A stretch of 64,000 nucleotides of DNA from Eledone cirrhosa (GCA_964016885.1 OZ024740.1:255440001-255504000); one strand, 5' to 3'; counted from the first letter of the stretch, positions 1 to 14,666 are shown. A program made the numbers and translations. The notes: generated by a model not told the origin, from the letters alone.

Positions 1-3000
1 CTTTCCCCCTGTTACTCTACTGTCCCGTTCTCTATCTGGTACTTTCCCCCTGTTACTCTACTGTCCCGTTCTTTATCTGGTACTTTCCCCCTGTTACTGT
101 ACTGTCCCGTTCTCTATCTGGTACTTTCTCCCTGTTACTCTACTGTCCCGTTCTCTGTCTGGTACTTTCCCCCTGTTACTCTACTGTCCCGTTCTCTATC
201 TGGTACTTTCCCCCTGTTACTCTACTGTCCCGTTCTTTATCTGGTACTTTCCCCCTGTTACTGTACTGTCCCGTTCTCTATCTGGTACTTTCCCCCTGTT
301 ACTCTACTGTCCCGTTCTCTATCTGGTACTTTCCCCCTGTTACTCTACTGTCCTCTTCTCTATCTGGTACTTTCCCCCTGTTACTGTACTGTCCCGTTCT
401 TTATCTGGTACTTTCCCCCTGTTATTCTACTGTCCCGTTATCTATCTGGTACTTTCCCCCTGTTACTCTACTGTCCTCTTCTCTATCTGGTACTTCCCCC
501 TGTTACTCTACTGTCCTCTTCTCTATTTGGTACTTTCCCCCTGTTGCTGTACTGTCCCGTTCTCTATCTGGTACTTTCCCCCTGTTACTGTACTGTCCCG
601 TTCTCTATCTGGTACTTTCCCCTGTTACTCTACTGTCCCGTTCTCTATCTGGTACTTTCCCCCCTGTTACTGTACTGTCCCGTTCTCTATCTGGTACTTT
701 CCCCCTGTTACTCTACTGTCCCGTTCTCTATCTGGTACTTTCCCCCTGTTACTGTACTGTCCCGTTCTCTATCTGGTACATTCCCCCTGTTACTGTACTG
801 TCTCGTTCTCTATCTGGTACTTTCGCCCTGTTACTTTACTGTCCCGTTCTCTATCTGGTACTTTCCCCCTGTTACTCTACTGTCCCGTTCTCTATCTGGT
901 ACTTTCCCCACTGTTACTCTACTGTCCCGTTCTCTATCTGGTACTTTCCCCCTGTTACTGTACTGTCTCGTTCACTATCTGGTACTTTCCCCCTGTTACT
1001 TTACTGTCCCGTTCTCTATCTGGTACTTTTCCCCTGTTACTCTACTGTCCCGTTCTCTATCTGCTACTTTCCCCCTGTTACTGTACTGTCCCGTTCTCTA
1101 TCTGGTACTTTCCCCCTGTTACTCTACTGTTCCGTTCTCTATCTGGTACTTTCCCCCTGTTACTCTACTGTCCCGTTCTCTATCTGGTACTTTCCCCCTG
1201 TTACTCTACTCTCCTGTTCTTTATCTGGTACTTTCCCCCTGTTACTGTACTGTCCCGTTCTCTATCTGGTACTTTCCCCCTGTTACTCTACTGTCCCGTT
1301 CTCTATCTGGTACTTTCCCCCTGTTACTCTACTGTCCCGTTCTCTATCTGGTACTTTCCCCCTGTTACTCTACTGTCCCGTTCTTTATCTGCTACTTTCC
1401 CCCTGTTACTGTACTGTCCCGTTCTCTATCTGGTACTTTCCCCCTGTTACTCTACTGTCCCGTTCTCTATCTGGTACTTTCCCCCTGTTACTCAACTGCC
1501 CCGTTCTCTATCTGGTACTTTCCCCCTGTTACTCTACTGTCCCGTTCTCTATCTGGTACTTTCCCCCTGTTACTGTACTGTCCCGTTCTCTATCTGGTAC
1601 TTTCCCCCTGTTACTGTACTGTCCCGTTCTCTATCTGGTACTTTCCCCCTGTTTCTCTACTGTCCCGTTCTCTATCTGGTACTTTCCCCCTGTTACTCTA
1701 CTGTCCCGTTCTCTATCTGGTACTTTCCCCCTGTTACTGTACTGTCCCGTTCTCTATCTGGTACTTTCCCCTGTTACTCTACTGTCAAGTTCTCTACCTG
1801 GTACTTTCCCCCTGTTACTCTACTGTCCCGTTCTCTATCTGGTACTTTCCCCCTGTTACTGTACTGTCCCGTTCTCTATCTGGTACTTTCCCCCTGTTAC
1901 TCTACTGTCCCGTTCTCTATCTGGTACTTTCCCCCTGTTACTCTACTGTCCCGTTCTTTATTTGGTACTTTCCCCCTGTTACTGTACTGTCCCGTTCTCT
2001 ATCTGGTACTTTCCCCCTGTTACTCTACTGTCCCGTTCTCTATCTGGTACTTTCCCCCTGTTACTCTACTGTCCCGTTCTCTATCTGGTACTTTCCCCCT
2101 GTTACTGTACTGTCCCGTTCTCTATCTGGTACTTTCCCCTGTTACTCTACTGTCCCGTTCTCTATCTGGTACTTTCCCCCTGTTACTGTACTGTCCCGTT
2201 CTCTATCTGGTACTTTCCCCCTGTTACTCTACTGTCCCGTTCTCTATCTGGTACTTTCCCCCTGTTACTCTACTGTCCCGTTCTCTATCTGGTACTTTCC
2301 CCCTGTTACTCTACTGTCCTGTTCTCTATCTGGTACGTTCCCCCTGTTACTCTACTGTCCTCTTCTCTATCTGGTACTTTCCCCCTGTTACTGTACTGTC
2401 CCGTTCTTTATCTGGTACTTTCCTCCTGCTACTCTACTGTCCCGTTATCTATCTGGTACTTTCCCCCTGTTACTCTACTGTCCTCTTCTCTATCTGGTAC
2501 TTCCCCCTGTTACTCTACTGTCCTCTTCTCTATCTGGTACTTTCCCCCTGTTACTGTACTGTCCCGTTCTCTATCTGGTACTTTCCCCCTGTTACTGTAC
2601 TGTCCCGTTCTCTATCTGGTACTTTCCCCCTGTTACTGTACTGTCCCGTTCTCTATCTGGTACTTTCCCCTGTTACTTTACTGTCCCGTTCTCTATCTGG
2701 TACTTTCCCCCTGTTACTCTACTGTCCCGTTCTCTATCTGGTACTTTCCCCCCTATTACTCTACTGTTCCGTTCTCTATCTGGTACTTTCCCCCTGTTAC
2801 TGTACTGTCTCGTTCACTATCTGGTACTTTCCCCCTGTTACTGTACTGTCCCGTTTTTTATCTGGTACTTTCCCCCTGTTACACTACTGTCCCGTTCTCT
2901 ATCTGGTACTTTCCCCGTTACTCTACTGTCCCGTTCTCTATCTGGTACTTTCCCCCTGTTACTCTACTGTCCCGTTCTCTATCTGGTACTTTCCCCCTGT

Positions 3001-6000
3001 TACTGTACTGTCCCGTTCTTTATCTGGTACTTTCCCCCTGTTACTGTACTGTCCCATTCTCTATCTGGTACTTCCCCCTGTTACTCTACTGTCCCGTTCT
3101 CTATCTGGTACTTTCCCCTGTTACTCTACTGTCCCGTTCTTTATCTGGTACTTTCCCCCTGTTACTGTACTGTCCCGTTCTCTATCTGGTACTTTCCCCC
3201 TGTTACTCTACTGTCTCGTTCTTTATCTGGTACTTTCCCCTGTTACTCGACTGTCCTGTTCTCTATCTGGTACTTCCTCCTGTTACTCTACTGTCCTCTT
3301 CTCTATCTGGTACTTTCCCCCTGTTACTGTACTGTCCCGTTCTTTATCTGGTACTTTCCCCCTGTTATTCTACTGTCCCGTTCTCTATCTGGTACTTTCC
3401 CCCTGTTACTGTACTGTCTCGTTCACTATCTGGTACTTTCCCCCTGTTACTTTACTGTCCCGTTCTCCATCTGGTACTTTCCCCCTGTTACTCTACTGTC
3501 CCGTTCTCTATCTGGTACTTTCCCCCTGTTACTCTCCTGTCCCGTTCTCTATCTGGTACTTCCCCCTGTTACTGTACTGTCCCGTTCTCTATCTGGTACT
3601 TTCCCCCTGTTACTGTACTGTCCCGTTCTCTATCTGGTACTTTCCCCCTGTTACTCTACTGTCCCGTTCTCTATCTGGTACTTTCCCCCTGTTACTCTAC
3701 TGTCCCGTTCTCTATCTGGTACTTTCCCCCTGTTACTGTACTGTCCCGTTCTCTATCTGGTACTTTCCCCCTGTTACTCTACTGTCTCGTTCTCTATCTG
3801 GTACTTTCCCCCTGTTACTCTACTGTCCCGTTCTCTATCTGGTACTTTCCCCCTGTTACTGTACTGTCCTGTTCTCTCTCTGGTACTTTCCCCCTGTTAC
3901 TCTACTGTCCCGTTCTCTATCTGGTACTTTCCCCCTGTTACTCTACTGTCCCGTTCTCTATCTGGTACTTTCCCCCTGTTACTGTACTGTCCCGTTCTCT
4001 ATCTGGTACTTTCCCCCTGTTACTGTACTGTCCTGTTCTCTCTCTGGTACTTTCCCCCTGTTACTCTACTGTCCCGTTCTCTATCTGGTACTTTCCCCCT
4101 GTTACTCTACTGTCCCGTTCTCTATCTGGTACTTTCCCCCTGTTACTGTACTGTCCCGTTCTCTATCTGGTACTTTCCCCCTGTTACTGTACTGTCCTGT
4201 TCTCTCTCTGGTACTTTCCCCCTGTTACTCTACTGTCCCGTTCTCTCTCTGGTACTTTCCCCCTGTTACTCTACTGTCCCGTTCTCTATCTGGTACTTTC
4301 CCCCTGTTACTGTACTGTCCCGTTCTCTATCTGGTACTTTCCCCCTGTTACTGTACTGTCCCGTTCTCTATCTGGTACTTTCCCCCTGTTACTGTACTAT
4401 CCCGTTCTCTATCTGGTACTTTCCCCCCTGTTACTCTACTGTCCCGTTCTCTATCTGGTACTTTCCCCCTGTTACTGTACTATCCCGTTCTCTATCTGGT
4501 ACTTTCCCCCTGTTACTGTACTGTCCCGTTCTCTATCTGGTACTTTCCCCCTGTTACTGTACTGTCCCGTTCTCTATCTGGTACTTTCCCCTGTTACTTT
4601 ACTGTCCCGTTCTCTATCTGGTACTTTCCCCCTGTTACTCTACTGTCCCGTTCTCTATCTGGTACTTTCCCCCCTATTACTCTACTGTTCCGTTCTCTAT
4701 CTGGTACTTTCCCCCTGTTACTGTACTGTCTCGTTCACTATCTGGTACTTTCCCCCTGTTACTGTACTGTCCCGTTTTTTATCTGGTACTTTCCCCCTGT
4801 TACACTACTGTCCCGTTCTCTATCTGGTACTTTCCCCGTTACTCTACTGTCCCGTTCTCTATCTGGTACTTTCCCCCTGTTACTCTACTGTCCCGTTCTC
4901 TATCTGGTACTTTCCCCCTGTTACTGTACTGTCCCGTTCTTTATCTGGTACTTTCCCCCTGTTACTGTACTGTCCCATTCTCTATCTGGTACTTCCCCCT
5001 GTTACTCTACTGTCCCGTTCTCTATCTGGTACTTTCCCCTGTTACTCTACTGTCCCGTTCTTTATCTGGTACTTTCCCCCTGTTACTGTACTGTCCCGTT
5101 CTCTATCTGGTACTTTCCCCCTGTTACTCTACTGTCTCGTTCTTTATCTGGTACTTTCCCCTGTTACTCGACTGTCCTGTTCTCTATCTGGTACTTCCTC
5201 CTGTTACTCTACTGTCCTCTTCTCTATCTGGTACTTTCCCCCTGTTACTGTACTGTCCCGTTCTTTATCTGGTACTTTCCCCCTGTTATTCTACTGTCCC
5301 GTTCTCTATCTGGTACTTTCCCCCTGTTACTGTACTGTCTCGTTCACTATCTGGTACTTTCCCCCTGTTACTTTACTGTCCCGTTCTCCATCTGGTACTT
5401 TCCCCCTGTTACTCTACTGTCCCGTTCTCTATCTGGTACTTTCCCCCTGTTACTCTCCTGTCCCGTTCTCTATCTGGTACTTCCCCCTGTTACTGTACTG
5501 TCCCGTTCTCTATCTGGTACTTTCCCCCTGTTACTGTACTGTCCCGTTCTCTATCTGGTACTTTCCCCCTGTTACTCTACTGTCCCGTTCTCTATCTGGT
5601 ACTTTCCCCCTGTTACTCTACTGTCCCGTTCTCTATCTGGTACTTTCCCCCTGTTACTGTACTGTCCCGTTCTCTATCTGGTACTTTCCCCCTGTTACTC
5701 TACTGTCTCGTTCTCTATCTGGTACTTTCCCCCTGTTACTCTACTGTCCCGTTCTCTATCTGGTACTTTCCCCCTGTTACTGTACTGTCCTGTTCTCTCT
5801 CTGGTACTTTCCCCCTGTTACTCTACTGTCCCGTTCTCTATCTGGTACTTTCCCCCTGTTACTCTACTGTCCCGTTCTCTATCTGGTACTTTCCCCCTGT
5901 TACTGTACTGTCCCGTTCTCTATCTGGTACTTTCCCCCTGTTACTGTACTGTCCTGTTCTCTCTCTGGTACTTTCCCCCTGTTACTCTACTGTCCCGTTC

Positions 6001-9000
6001 TCTATCTGGTACTTTCCCCCTGTTACTCTACTGTCCCGTTCTCTATCTGGTACTTTCCCCCTGTTACTGTACTGTCCCGTTCTCTATCTGGTACTTTCCC
6101 CCTGTTACTGTACTGTCCTGTTCTCTCTCTGGTACTTTCCCCCTGTTACTCTACTGTCCCGTTCTCTCTCTGGTACTTTCCCCCTGTTACTCTACTGTCC
6201 CGTTCTCTATCTGGTACTTTCCCCCTGTTACTGTACTGTCCCGTTCTCTATCTGGTACTTTCCCCCTGTTACTGTACTGTCCCGTTCTCTATCTGGTACT
6301 TTCCCCCTGTTACTGTACTATCCCGTTCTCTATCTGGTACTTTCCCCCCTGTTACTCTACTGTCCCGTTCTCTATCTGGTACTTTCCCCCTGTTACTGTA
6401 CTATCCCGTTCTCTATCTGGTACTTTCCCCCTGTTACTGTACTATCCCGTTCTCTATCTGGTACTTTCCCCCTGTTACTGTACTATCCCGTTCTCTATCT
6501 GGTACTTTCCCCCCTGTTACTCTACTGTCCCGTTCTCTATCTGGTACTTTCCCCCTGTTACTGTACTATCCCGTTCTCTATCTGGTACTTTCCCCCCTGT
6601 TACTCTACTGTCCCGTTCTCTATCTGGTACTTTCCCCCTGTTACTGTACTATCCCGTTCTCTATCTGGTACTTTCCCCCTGTTACTGTACTATCACGTTC
6701 TCTATCTGGTACTTTCCCCCCTGTTACTGTACTGTCCCGTTCTCTATCTGGTACTTTCCCCCTGTTACTGTACTATCACGTTCTCTATCTGGTACTTTCC
6801 CCCCTGTTACTGTACTGTCCCGTTCTCTATCTGGTACTTTCCCCCTGTTACTGTACTGTCCCGTTCTCTATCTGGTACTTTCCCCCTGTTACTGTACTAT
6901 CCCGTTCTCTATCTGGTACTTTCCCCCCTGTTACTCTACTGTCCCGTTCTCTATCTGGTACTTTCCCCCTGTTACTGTACTATCCCGTTCTCTATCTGGT
7001 ACTTTCCCCCTGTTACTCTACTGTCAGGTTCTCTATCTGGTACTTTCCCCCTGTTACTGTACTATCCCGTTCTCTATCTGGTACTTTCCCCCTGTTACTG
7101 TACTATCCCGTTCTCTATCTGGTACTTTCCCCCCTGTTACTCTACTGTCCCGTTCTCTATCTGGTACTTTCCCCCCTGTTACTGTACTGTCCCGTTCTCT
7201 ATCTGGTACTTTCCCCCTGTTACTGTACTGTCCCGTTCTCTATCTGGTACTTTCCCCCTGTTACTGTACTATCCCGTTCTCTATCTGGTACTTTCCCCCT
7301 GTTACTCTACTGTCCCGTTCTCTATCTGGTACTTTCCCCCTGTTACTGTACTATCCCGTTCTCTATCTGGTACTTTCCCCCTGTTACTCTACTGTCCCGT
7401 TCTCTATCTGGTACTTTCCCCCTGTTACTGTACTATCCCGTTCTCTATCTGGTACTTTCCCCCTGTTACTGTACTATCCCGTTCTCTATCTGGTACTTTC
7501 CCCCTGTTACTGTACTATCCCGTTCTCTATCTGGTACTTTCCCACTTTTACTCTACTGTCCTGTTCTCTCTCTGGTACTTTCCCCCTGTTACTCTACTGT
7601 CCCGTTCTCTATCTGGTACTTTCCCCCTGTTACTGTACTATCCCGTTCTCTATCTGGTACTTTCCCCCCTGTTACTCTACTGTCCCGTTCTCTATCTGGT
7701 ACTTTCCCCCTGTTACTGTACTATCCCGTTCTCTATCTGGTACTTTCCCCCTGTTACTGTACTATCCCGTTCTCTATCTGGTACTTTCCCCCCTGTTACT
7801 GTACTGTCCCGTTCTCTATCTGGTACTTTCCCCCTGTTACTGTACTGTCCCGTTCTCTATCTGGTACTTTCCCCCTGTTACTGTACTATCCCGTTCTCTA
7901 TCTGGTACTTTCCCCCCTGTTACTCTACTGTCGCGTTCTCTATCTGGTACTTTCCCCCTGTTACTGTACTATCCCGTTCTCTATCTGGTACTTTCCCCCT
8001 GTTACTCTACTGTCCCGTTCTCTATCTGGTACTTTCCCCCTGTTACTGTACTATCCCGTTCTCTATCTGGTACTTTCCCCCTGTTACTCTACTCTCCTGT
8101 TCTTTATCTGGTACTTTCCCCCTGTTACTGTACTGTCCCGTTCTCTATCTGGTACTTTCCCCCTGTTACTCTACTGTCCCGTTCTCTATCTGGTACTTTC
8201 CCCCTGTTACTCTACTGTCCCGTTCTCTATCTGGTACTTTCCCCCTGTTACTCTACTGTCCCGTTCTTTATCTGCTACTTTCCCCCTGTTACTGTACTGT
8301 CCCGTTCTCTATCTGGTACTTTCCCCCTGTTACTCTACTGTCCCGTTCTCTATCTGGTACTTTCCCCCTGTTACTCAACTGCCCCGTTCTCTATCTGGTA
8401 CTTTCCCCCTGTTACTCTACTGTCCCGTTCTCTATCTGGTACTTTCCCCCTGTTACTGTACTGTCCCGTTCTCTATCTGGTACTTTCCCCCTGTTACTGT
8501 ACTGTCCCGTTCTCTATCTGGTACTTTCCCCCTGTTTCTCTACTGTCCCGTTCTCTATCTGGTACTTTTCCCCTGTTACTCTACTGTCCCGTTCTCTATC
8601 TGGTACTTTCCCCCTGTTACTGTACTGTCCCGTTCTCTATCTGGTACTTTCCCCTGTTACTCTACTGTCAAGTTCTCTACCTGGTACTTTCCCCCTGTTA
8701 CTCTACTGTCCCGTTCTCTATCTGGTACTTTCCCCCTGTTACTGTACTGTCCCGTTCTCTATCTGGTACTTTCCCCCTGTTACTCTACTGTCCCGTTCTC
8801 TATCTGGTACTTTCCCCCTGTTACTCTACTGTCCCGTTCTTTATTTGGTACTTTCCCCCTGTTACTGTACTGTCCCGTTCTCTATCTGGTACTTTCCCCC
8901 TGTTACTCTACTGTCCCGTTCTCTATCTGGTACTTTCCCCCTGTTACTCTACTGTCCCGTTCTCTATCTGGTACTTTCCCCCTGTTACTGTACTGTCCCG

Positions 9001-12000
9001 TTCTCTATCTGGTACTTTCCCCTGTTACTCTACTGTCCCGTTCTCTATCTGGTACTTTCCCCCTGTTACTGTACTGTCCCGTTCTCTATCTGGTACTTTC
9101 CCCCTGTTACTCTACTGTCCCGTTCTCTATCTGGTACTTTCCCCCTGTTACTCTACTGTCCCGTTCTCTATCTGGTACTTTCCCCCTGTTACTCTACTGT
9201 CCTGTTCTCTATCTGGTACGTTCCCCCTGTTACTCTACTGTCCTCTTCTCTATCTGGTACTTTCCCCCTGTTACTGTACTGTCCCGTTCTTTATCTGGTA
9301 CTTTCCTCCTGCTACTCTACTGTCCCGTTATCTATCTGGTACTTTCCCCCTGTTACTCTACTGTCCTCTTCTCTATCTGGTACTTCCCCCTGTTACTCTA
9401 CTGTCCTCTTCTCTATCTGGTACTTTCCCCCTGTTACTGTACTGTCCCGTTCTCTATCTGGTACTTTCCCCCTGTTACTGTACTGTCCCGTTCTCTATCT
9501 GGTACTTTCCCCCTGTTACTGTACTGTCCCGTTCTCTATCTGGTACTTTCCCCTGTTACTTTACTGTCCCGTTCTCTATCTGGTACTTTCCCCCTGTTAC
9601 TCTACTGTCCCGTTCTCTATCTGGTACTTTCCCCCCTATTACTCTACTGTTCCGTTCTCTATCTGGTACTTTCCCCCTGTTACTGTACTGTCTCGTTCAC
9701 TATCTGGTACTTTCCCCCTGTTACTGTACTGTCCCGTTTTTTATCTGGTACTTTCCCCCTGTTACACTACTGTCCCGTTCTCTATCTGGTACTTTCCCCG
9801 TTACTCTACTGTCCCGTTCTCTATCTGGTACTTTCCCCCTGTTACTCTACTGTCCCGTTCTCTATCTGGTACTTTCCCCCTGTTACTGTACTGTCCCGTT
9901 CTTTATCTGGTACTTTCCCCCTGTTACTGTACTGTCCCATTCTCTATCTGGTACTTCCCCCTGTTACTCTACTGTCCCGTTCTCTATCTGGTACTTTCCC
10001 CTGTTACTCTACTGTCCCGTTCTTTATCTGGTACTTTCCCCCTGTTACTGTACTGTCCCGTTCTCTATCTGGTACTTTCCCCCTGTTACTCTACTGTCTC
10101 GTTCTTTATCTGGTACTTTCCCCTGTTACTCGACTGTCCTGTTCTCTATCTGGTACTTCCTCCTGTTACTCTACTGTCCTCTTCTCTATCTGGTACTTTC
10201 CCCCTGTTACTGTACTGTCCCGTTCTTTATCTGGTACTTTCCCCCTGTTATTCTACTGTCCCGTTCTCTATCTGGTACTTTCCCCCTGTTACTGTACTGT
10301 CTCGTTCACTATCTGGTACTTTCCCCCTGTTACTTTACTGTCCCGTTCTCCATCTGGTACTTTCCCCCTGTTACTCTACTGTCCCGTTCTCTATCTGGTA
10401 CTTTCCCCCTGTTACTCTCCTGTCCCGTTCTCTATCTGGTACTTCCCCCTGTTACTGTACTGTCCCGTTCTCTATCTGGTACTTTCCCCCTGTTACTGTA
10501 CTGTCCCGTTCTCTATCTGGTACTTTCCCCCTGTTACTCTACTGTCCCGTTCTCTATCTGGTACTTTCCCCCTGTTACTCTACTGTCCCGTTCTCTATCT
10601 GGTACTTTCCCCCTGTTACTGTACTGTCCCGTTCTCTATCTGGTACTTTCCCCCTGTTACTCTACTGTCTCGTTCTCTATCTGGTACTTTCCCCCTGTTA
10701 CTCTACTGTCCCGTTCTCTATCTGGTACTTTCCCCCTGTTACTGTACTGTCCTGTTCTCTCTCTGGTACTTTCCCCCTGTTACTCTACTGTCCCGTTCTC
10801 TATCTGGTACTTTCCCCCTGTTACTCTACTGTCCCGTTCTCTATCTGGTACTTTCCCCCTGTTACTGTACTGTCCCGTTCTCTATCTGGTACTTTCCCCC
10901 TGTTACTGTACTGTCCTGTTCTCTCTCTGGTACTTTCCCCCTGTTACTCTACTGTCCCGTTCTCTATCTGGTACTTTCCCCCTGTTACTCTACTGTCCCG
11001 TTCTCTATCTGGTACTTTCCCCCTGTTACTGTACTGTCCCGTTCTCTATCTGGTACTTTCCCCCTGTTACTGTACTGTCCTGTTCTCTCTCTGGTACTTT
11101 CCCCCTGTTACTCTACTGTCCCGTTCTCTCTCTGGTACTTTCCCCCTGTTACTCTACTGTCCCGTTCTCTATCTGGTACTTTCCCCCTGTTACTGTACTG
11201 TCCCGTTCTCTATCTGGTACTTTCCCCCTGTTACTGTACTGTCCCGTTCTCTATCTGGTACTTTCCCCCTGTTACTGTACTATCCCGTTCTCTATCTGGT
11301 ACTTTCCCCCCTGTTACTCTACTGTCCCGTTCTCTATCTGGTACTTTCCCCCTGTTACTGTACTATCCCGTTCTCTATCTGGTACTTTCCCCCTGTTACT
11401 GTACTATCCCGTTCTCTATCTGGTACTTTCCCCCTGTTACTGTACTATCCCGTTCTCTATCTGGTACTTTCCCCCCTGTTACTCTACTGTCCCGTTCTCT
11501 ATCTGGTACTTTCCCCCTGTTACTGTACTATCCCGTTCTCTATCTGGTACTTTCCCCCCTGTTACTCTACTGTCCCGTTCTCTATCTGGTACTTTCCCCC
11601 TGTTACTGTACTATCCCGTTCTCTATCTGGTACTTTCCCCCTGTTACTGTACTATCACGTTCTCTATCTGGTACTTTCCCCCCTGTTACTGTACTGTCCC
11701 GTTCTCTATCTGGTACTTTCCCCCTGTTACTGTACTATCACGTTCTCTATCTGGTACTTTCCCCCCTGTTACTGTACTGTCCCGTTCTCTATCTGGTACT
11801 TTCCCCCTGTTACTGTACTGTCCCGTTCTCTATCTGGTACTTTCCCCCTGTTACTGTACTATCCCGTTCTCTATCTGGTACTTTCCCCCCTGTTACTCTA
11901 CTGTCCCGTTCTCTATCTGGTACTTTCCCCCTGTTACTGTACTATCCCGTTCTCTATCTGGTACTTTCCCCCTGTTACTCTACTGTCCCGTTCTCTATCT

Positions 12001-13520
12001 GGTACTTTCCCCCTGTTACTGTACTATCCCGTTCTCTATCTGGTACTTTCCCCCTGTTACTGTACTATCCCGTTCTCTATCTGGTACTTTCCCCCCTGTT
12101 ACTCTACTGTCCCGTTCTCTATCTGGTACTTTCCCCCCTGTTACTGTACTGTCCCGTTCTCTATCTGGTACTTTCCCCCTGTTACTGTACTGTCCCGTTC
12201 TCTATCTGGTACTTTCCCCCTGTTACTGTACTATCCCGTTCTCTATCTGGTACTTTCCCCCTGTTACTCTACTGTCCCGTTCTCTATCTGGTACTTTCCC
12301 CCTGTTACTGTACTATCCCGTTCTCTATCTGGTACTTTCCCCCTGTTACTCTACTGTCCCGTTCTCTATCTGGTACTTTCCCCCTGTTACTGTACTATCC
12401 CGTTCTCTATCTGGTACTTTCCCCCTGTTACTGTACTATCCCGTTCTCTATCTGGTACTTTCCCCCTGTTACTGTACTATCCCGTTCTCTATCTGGTACT
12501 TTCCCACTTTTACTCTACTGTCCTGTTCTCTCTCTGGTACTTTCCCCCTGTTACTCTACTGTCCCGTTCTCTATCTGGTACTTTCCCCCTGTTACTGTAC
12601 TATCCCGTTCTCTATCTGGTACTTTCCCCCCTGTTACTCTACTGTCCCGTTCTCTATCTGGTACTTTCCCCCTGTTACTGTACTATCCCGTTCTCTATCT
12701 GGTACTTTCCCCCTGTTACTGTACTATCCCGTTCTCTATCTGGTACTTTCCCCCCTGTTACTGTACTGTCCCGTTCTCTATCTGGTACTTTCCCCCTGTT
12801 ACTGTACTGTCCCGTTCTCTATCTGGTACTTTCCCCCTGTTACAGTACTATCCCGTTCTCTATCTGGTACTTTCCCCCCTGTTACTCTACTGTCGCGTTC
12901 TCTATCTGGTACTTTCCCCCTGTTACTGTACTATCCCGTTCTCTATCTGGTACTTTCCCCCTGTTACTCTACTGTCCCGTTCTCTATCTGGTACTTTCCC
13001 CCTGTTACTGTACTATCCCGTTCTCTATCTGGTACTTTCCCCCTGTTACTGTACTATCCCGTTCTCTATCTGGTACTTTCCCCCTGTTACTGTACTGTCC
13101 CGTTCTCTATCTGGTACATTCCACCCGTTACTGTACTATCCCGTTCTCTATCTGGTACTTTCCCCCTGTTACTCTACTGTCCCGTTCTCTATCTGGTACT
13201 TTCCCCCTGTTACTCTACTGTCCCGTTCTCTATCTGGTACTTTCCCCCTGTTACTGTACTATCCCGTTCTCTATCTGGTACTTTCCCCCTGTTACTGTAC
13301 TATCCCGTTCTCTATCTGGTACTTTCCCCCTGTTACTCTACTGTCCCGTTCTCTATCTGGTACTTTCCCGCTTTTACTCTACTGTCACGTCCTCTATCTG
13401 GTACTTTCCCCCCTTTTACTCTACTGTCACGTCCTCCAGTTGGTACTTTTCCCCTGTTACTCTACTCTTCCGTTCTTTATCTGGTACTTCGCCCTGTTAC
13501 TCTACTGTCCCGTTCTCCAT
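1..13520. repeat. 41-bp tandem satellite array (consensus CTTTCCCCCTGTTACT[C/G]TACTGTCCCGTTCTCTATCTGGTA), roughly 330 monomers in view, running off the left edge
   Basis: The monomer restarts at positions 1 and 42, and the translated frames cycle every 41 aa (3 monomers). Monomers degenerate at 13370-13520. Confidence 0.98.
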
Positions 13521-14439
13521 ACTCAGACAAAAGCACACATACTCGCACTTATATATACTCACACATAGTAACTCACGCGCATATTCTCACATACACACAT
13601 AGTCACACACGCATACATATTCGCACACGCACACACACAAGCACAGGCAAGCGCACACATATATACACGTGCACGCATACACACATATATATATATAGCA
13701 AGTGAAAGTCATCGTTATGGTCACAAACCGAGGTAGAGTCGTCCGTAACAGAAGCAGAGATAAGAAGATACGTGGCTTTGTCTGGTTGTTTCTTTTTAAT
13801 GCGCCTCCCCATTGAGACCTCGGTCATAAAACGAACATCTCACCGAAAAAAGAAAGGCCGATGGGATAGAAAGTTTGGTGCAGCAGGTATCTCTGCCTAT
13901 GTGACAATGTTTCGCCATTTTGTCTTCGAGCTGCAGCTGATATGTATGGTCTAGCCAAAGTCTTAAATTCCCCCTCCATTTCTTCCCCTTTTTTATAATT
14001 TTTATTTAATCTTCACCCCTCCTCACCTTTTTCTCAAAATAGCTGTTAATTTTGTGCTATTTCACAACAATGCATGTATTTATTTTGCATCATTGCATTT
14101 GTATTGTTGCAATAATGTTCTGTGGCCATCACACTATTAAACTGCAGATAGTGGGTGCCATATGCACCTCACCATTATTCGAGCCATACGTCTCTGTGCT
14201 TCACTGTTATGCTGGTCTGTTTTACGTCCTCATCCTTTCTTCCTTCCCTATTTAATTCGTTTATTACAATGCCTTTTCTTTCCTTCTTTCTTTCTTTCTT
14301 TTCTTTCTTTTCTTTCTTTGTTTCTTTCTTTCTCTCTATATATACAAACAGACACACATACCAAGACACATACACACACCAAAAAGCCAACACACACACA
14401 TACACAGACACACATACAGAGGCGCACACATACATACAT

Positions 14440-14519
14440 AGAACGTAAAGGGCCGTAACTATACGCCACAAAATATATTGTCCGACGCTCTACCGATTCT
14501 ATTGCCAATCCAGCGCCCT
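14440..14519 (-). mobile_element. 5' fragment of the tRNA-derived SINE
   Basis: Aligns by eye to 22595-22673 (gtaaagggccgtaactat...ctctaccgat...gccaat...gccctaata). Confidence 0.6.
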
Positions 14520-14558
14520 AATAGGTTTATGTATAACAAACACACACAAGTCTCCAGT

Positions 14559-14599
14559 GAGAGAGGGAGAGAGAGAAAGAGAGAAAGAAAGAGAAGGAA

Positions 14600-14662
<63 letters not shown>
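14559..14662. repeat. (GA)n microsatellite
   Basis: Visible directly in the sequence. Confidence 0.95.

Positions 14663-14666
<4 letters not shown>

Noticed and set aside
36-45. CTGGTACTTT shared by the satellite and the SINE core as evidence of origin
   Set aside because: The match is only 10 bp with no flanking similarity, which is compatible with chance.
1-13520. CRISPR-like array
   Set aside because: Monomers are head-to-tail with no unique spacers, there are no cas genes, and the context is eukaryotic.
527-13705. Three ORFs of 3868-4392 aa
   Set aside because: They are translations of the stop-free 41-bp satellite. All frames give the same 41-aa cycle, and 1-bp indels shift between frames freely.
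13700-13950. Possible host exon in unique sequence
   Set aside because: No recognisable protein motif or supportable splice structure.
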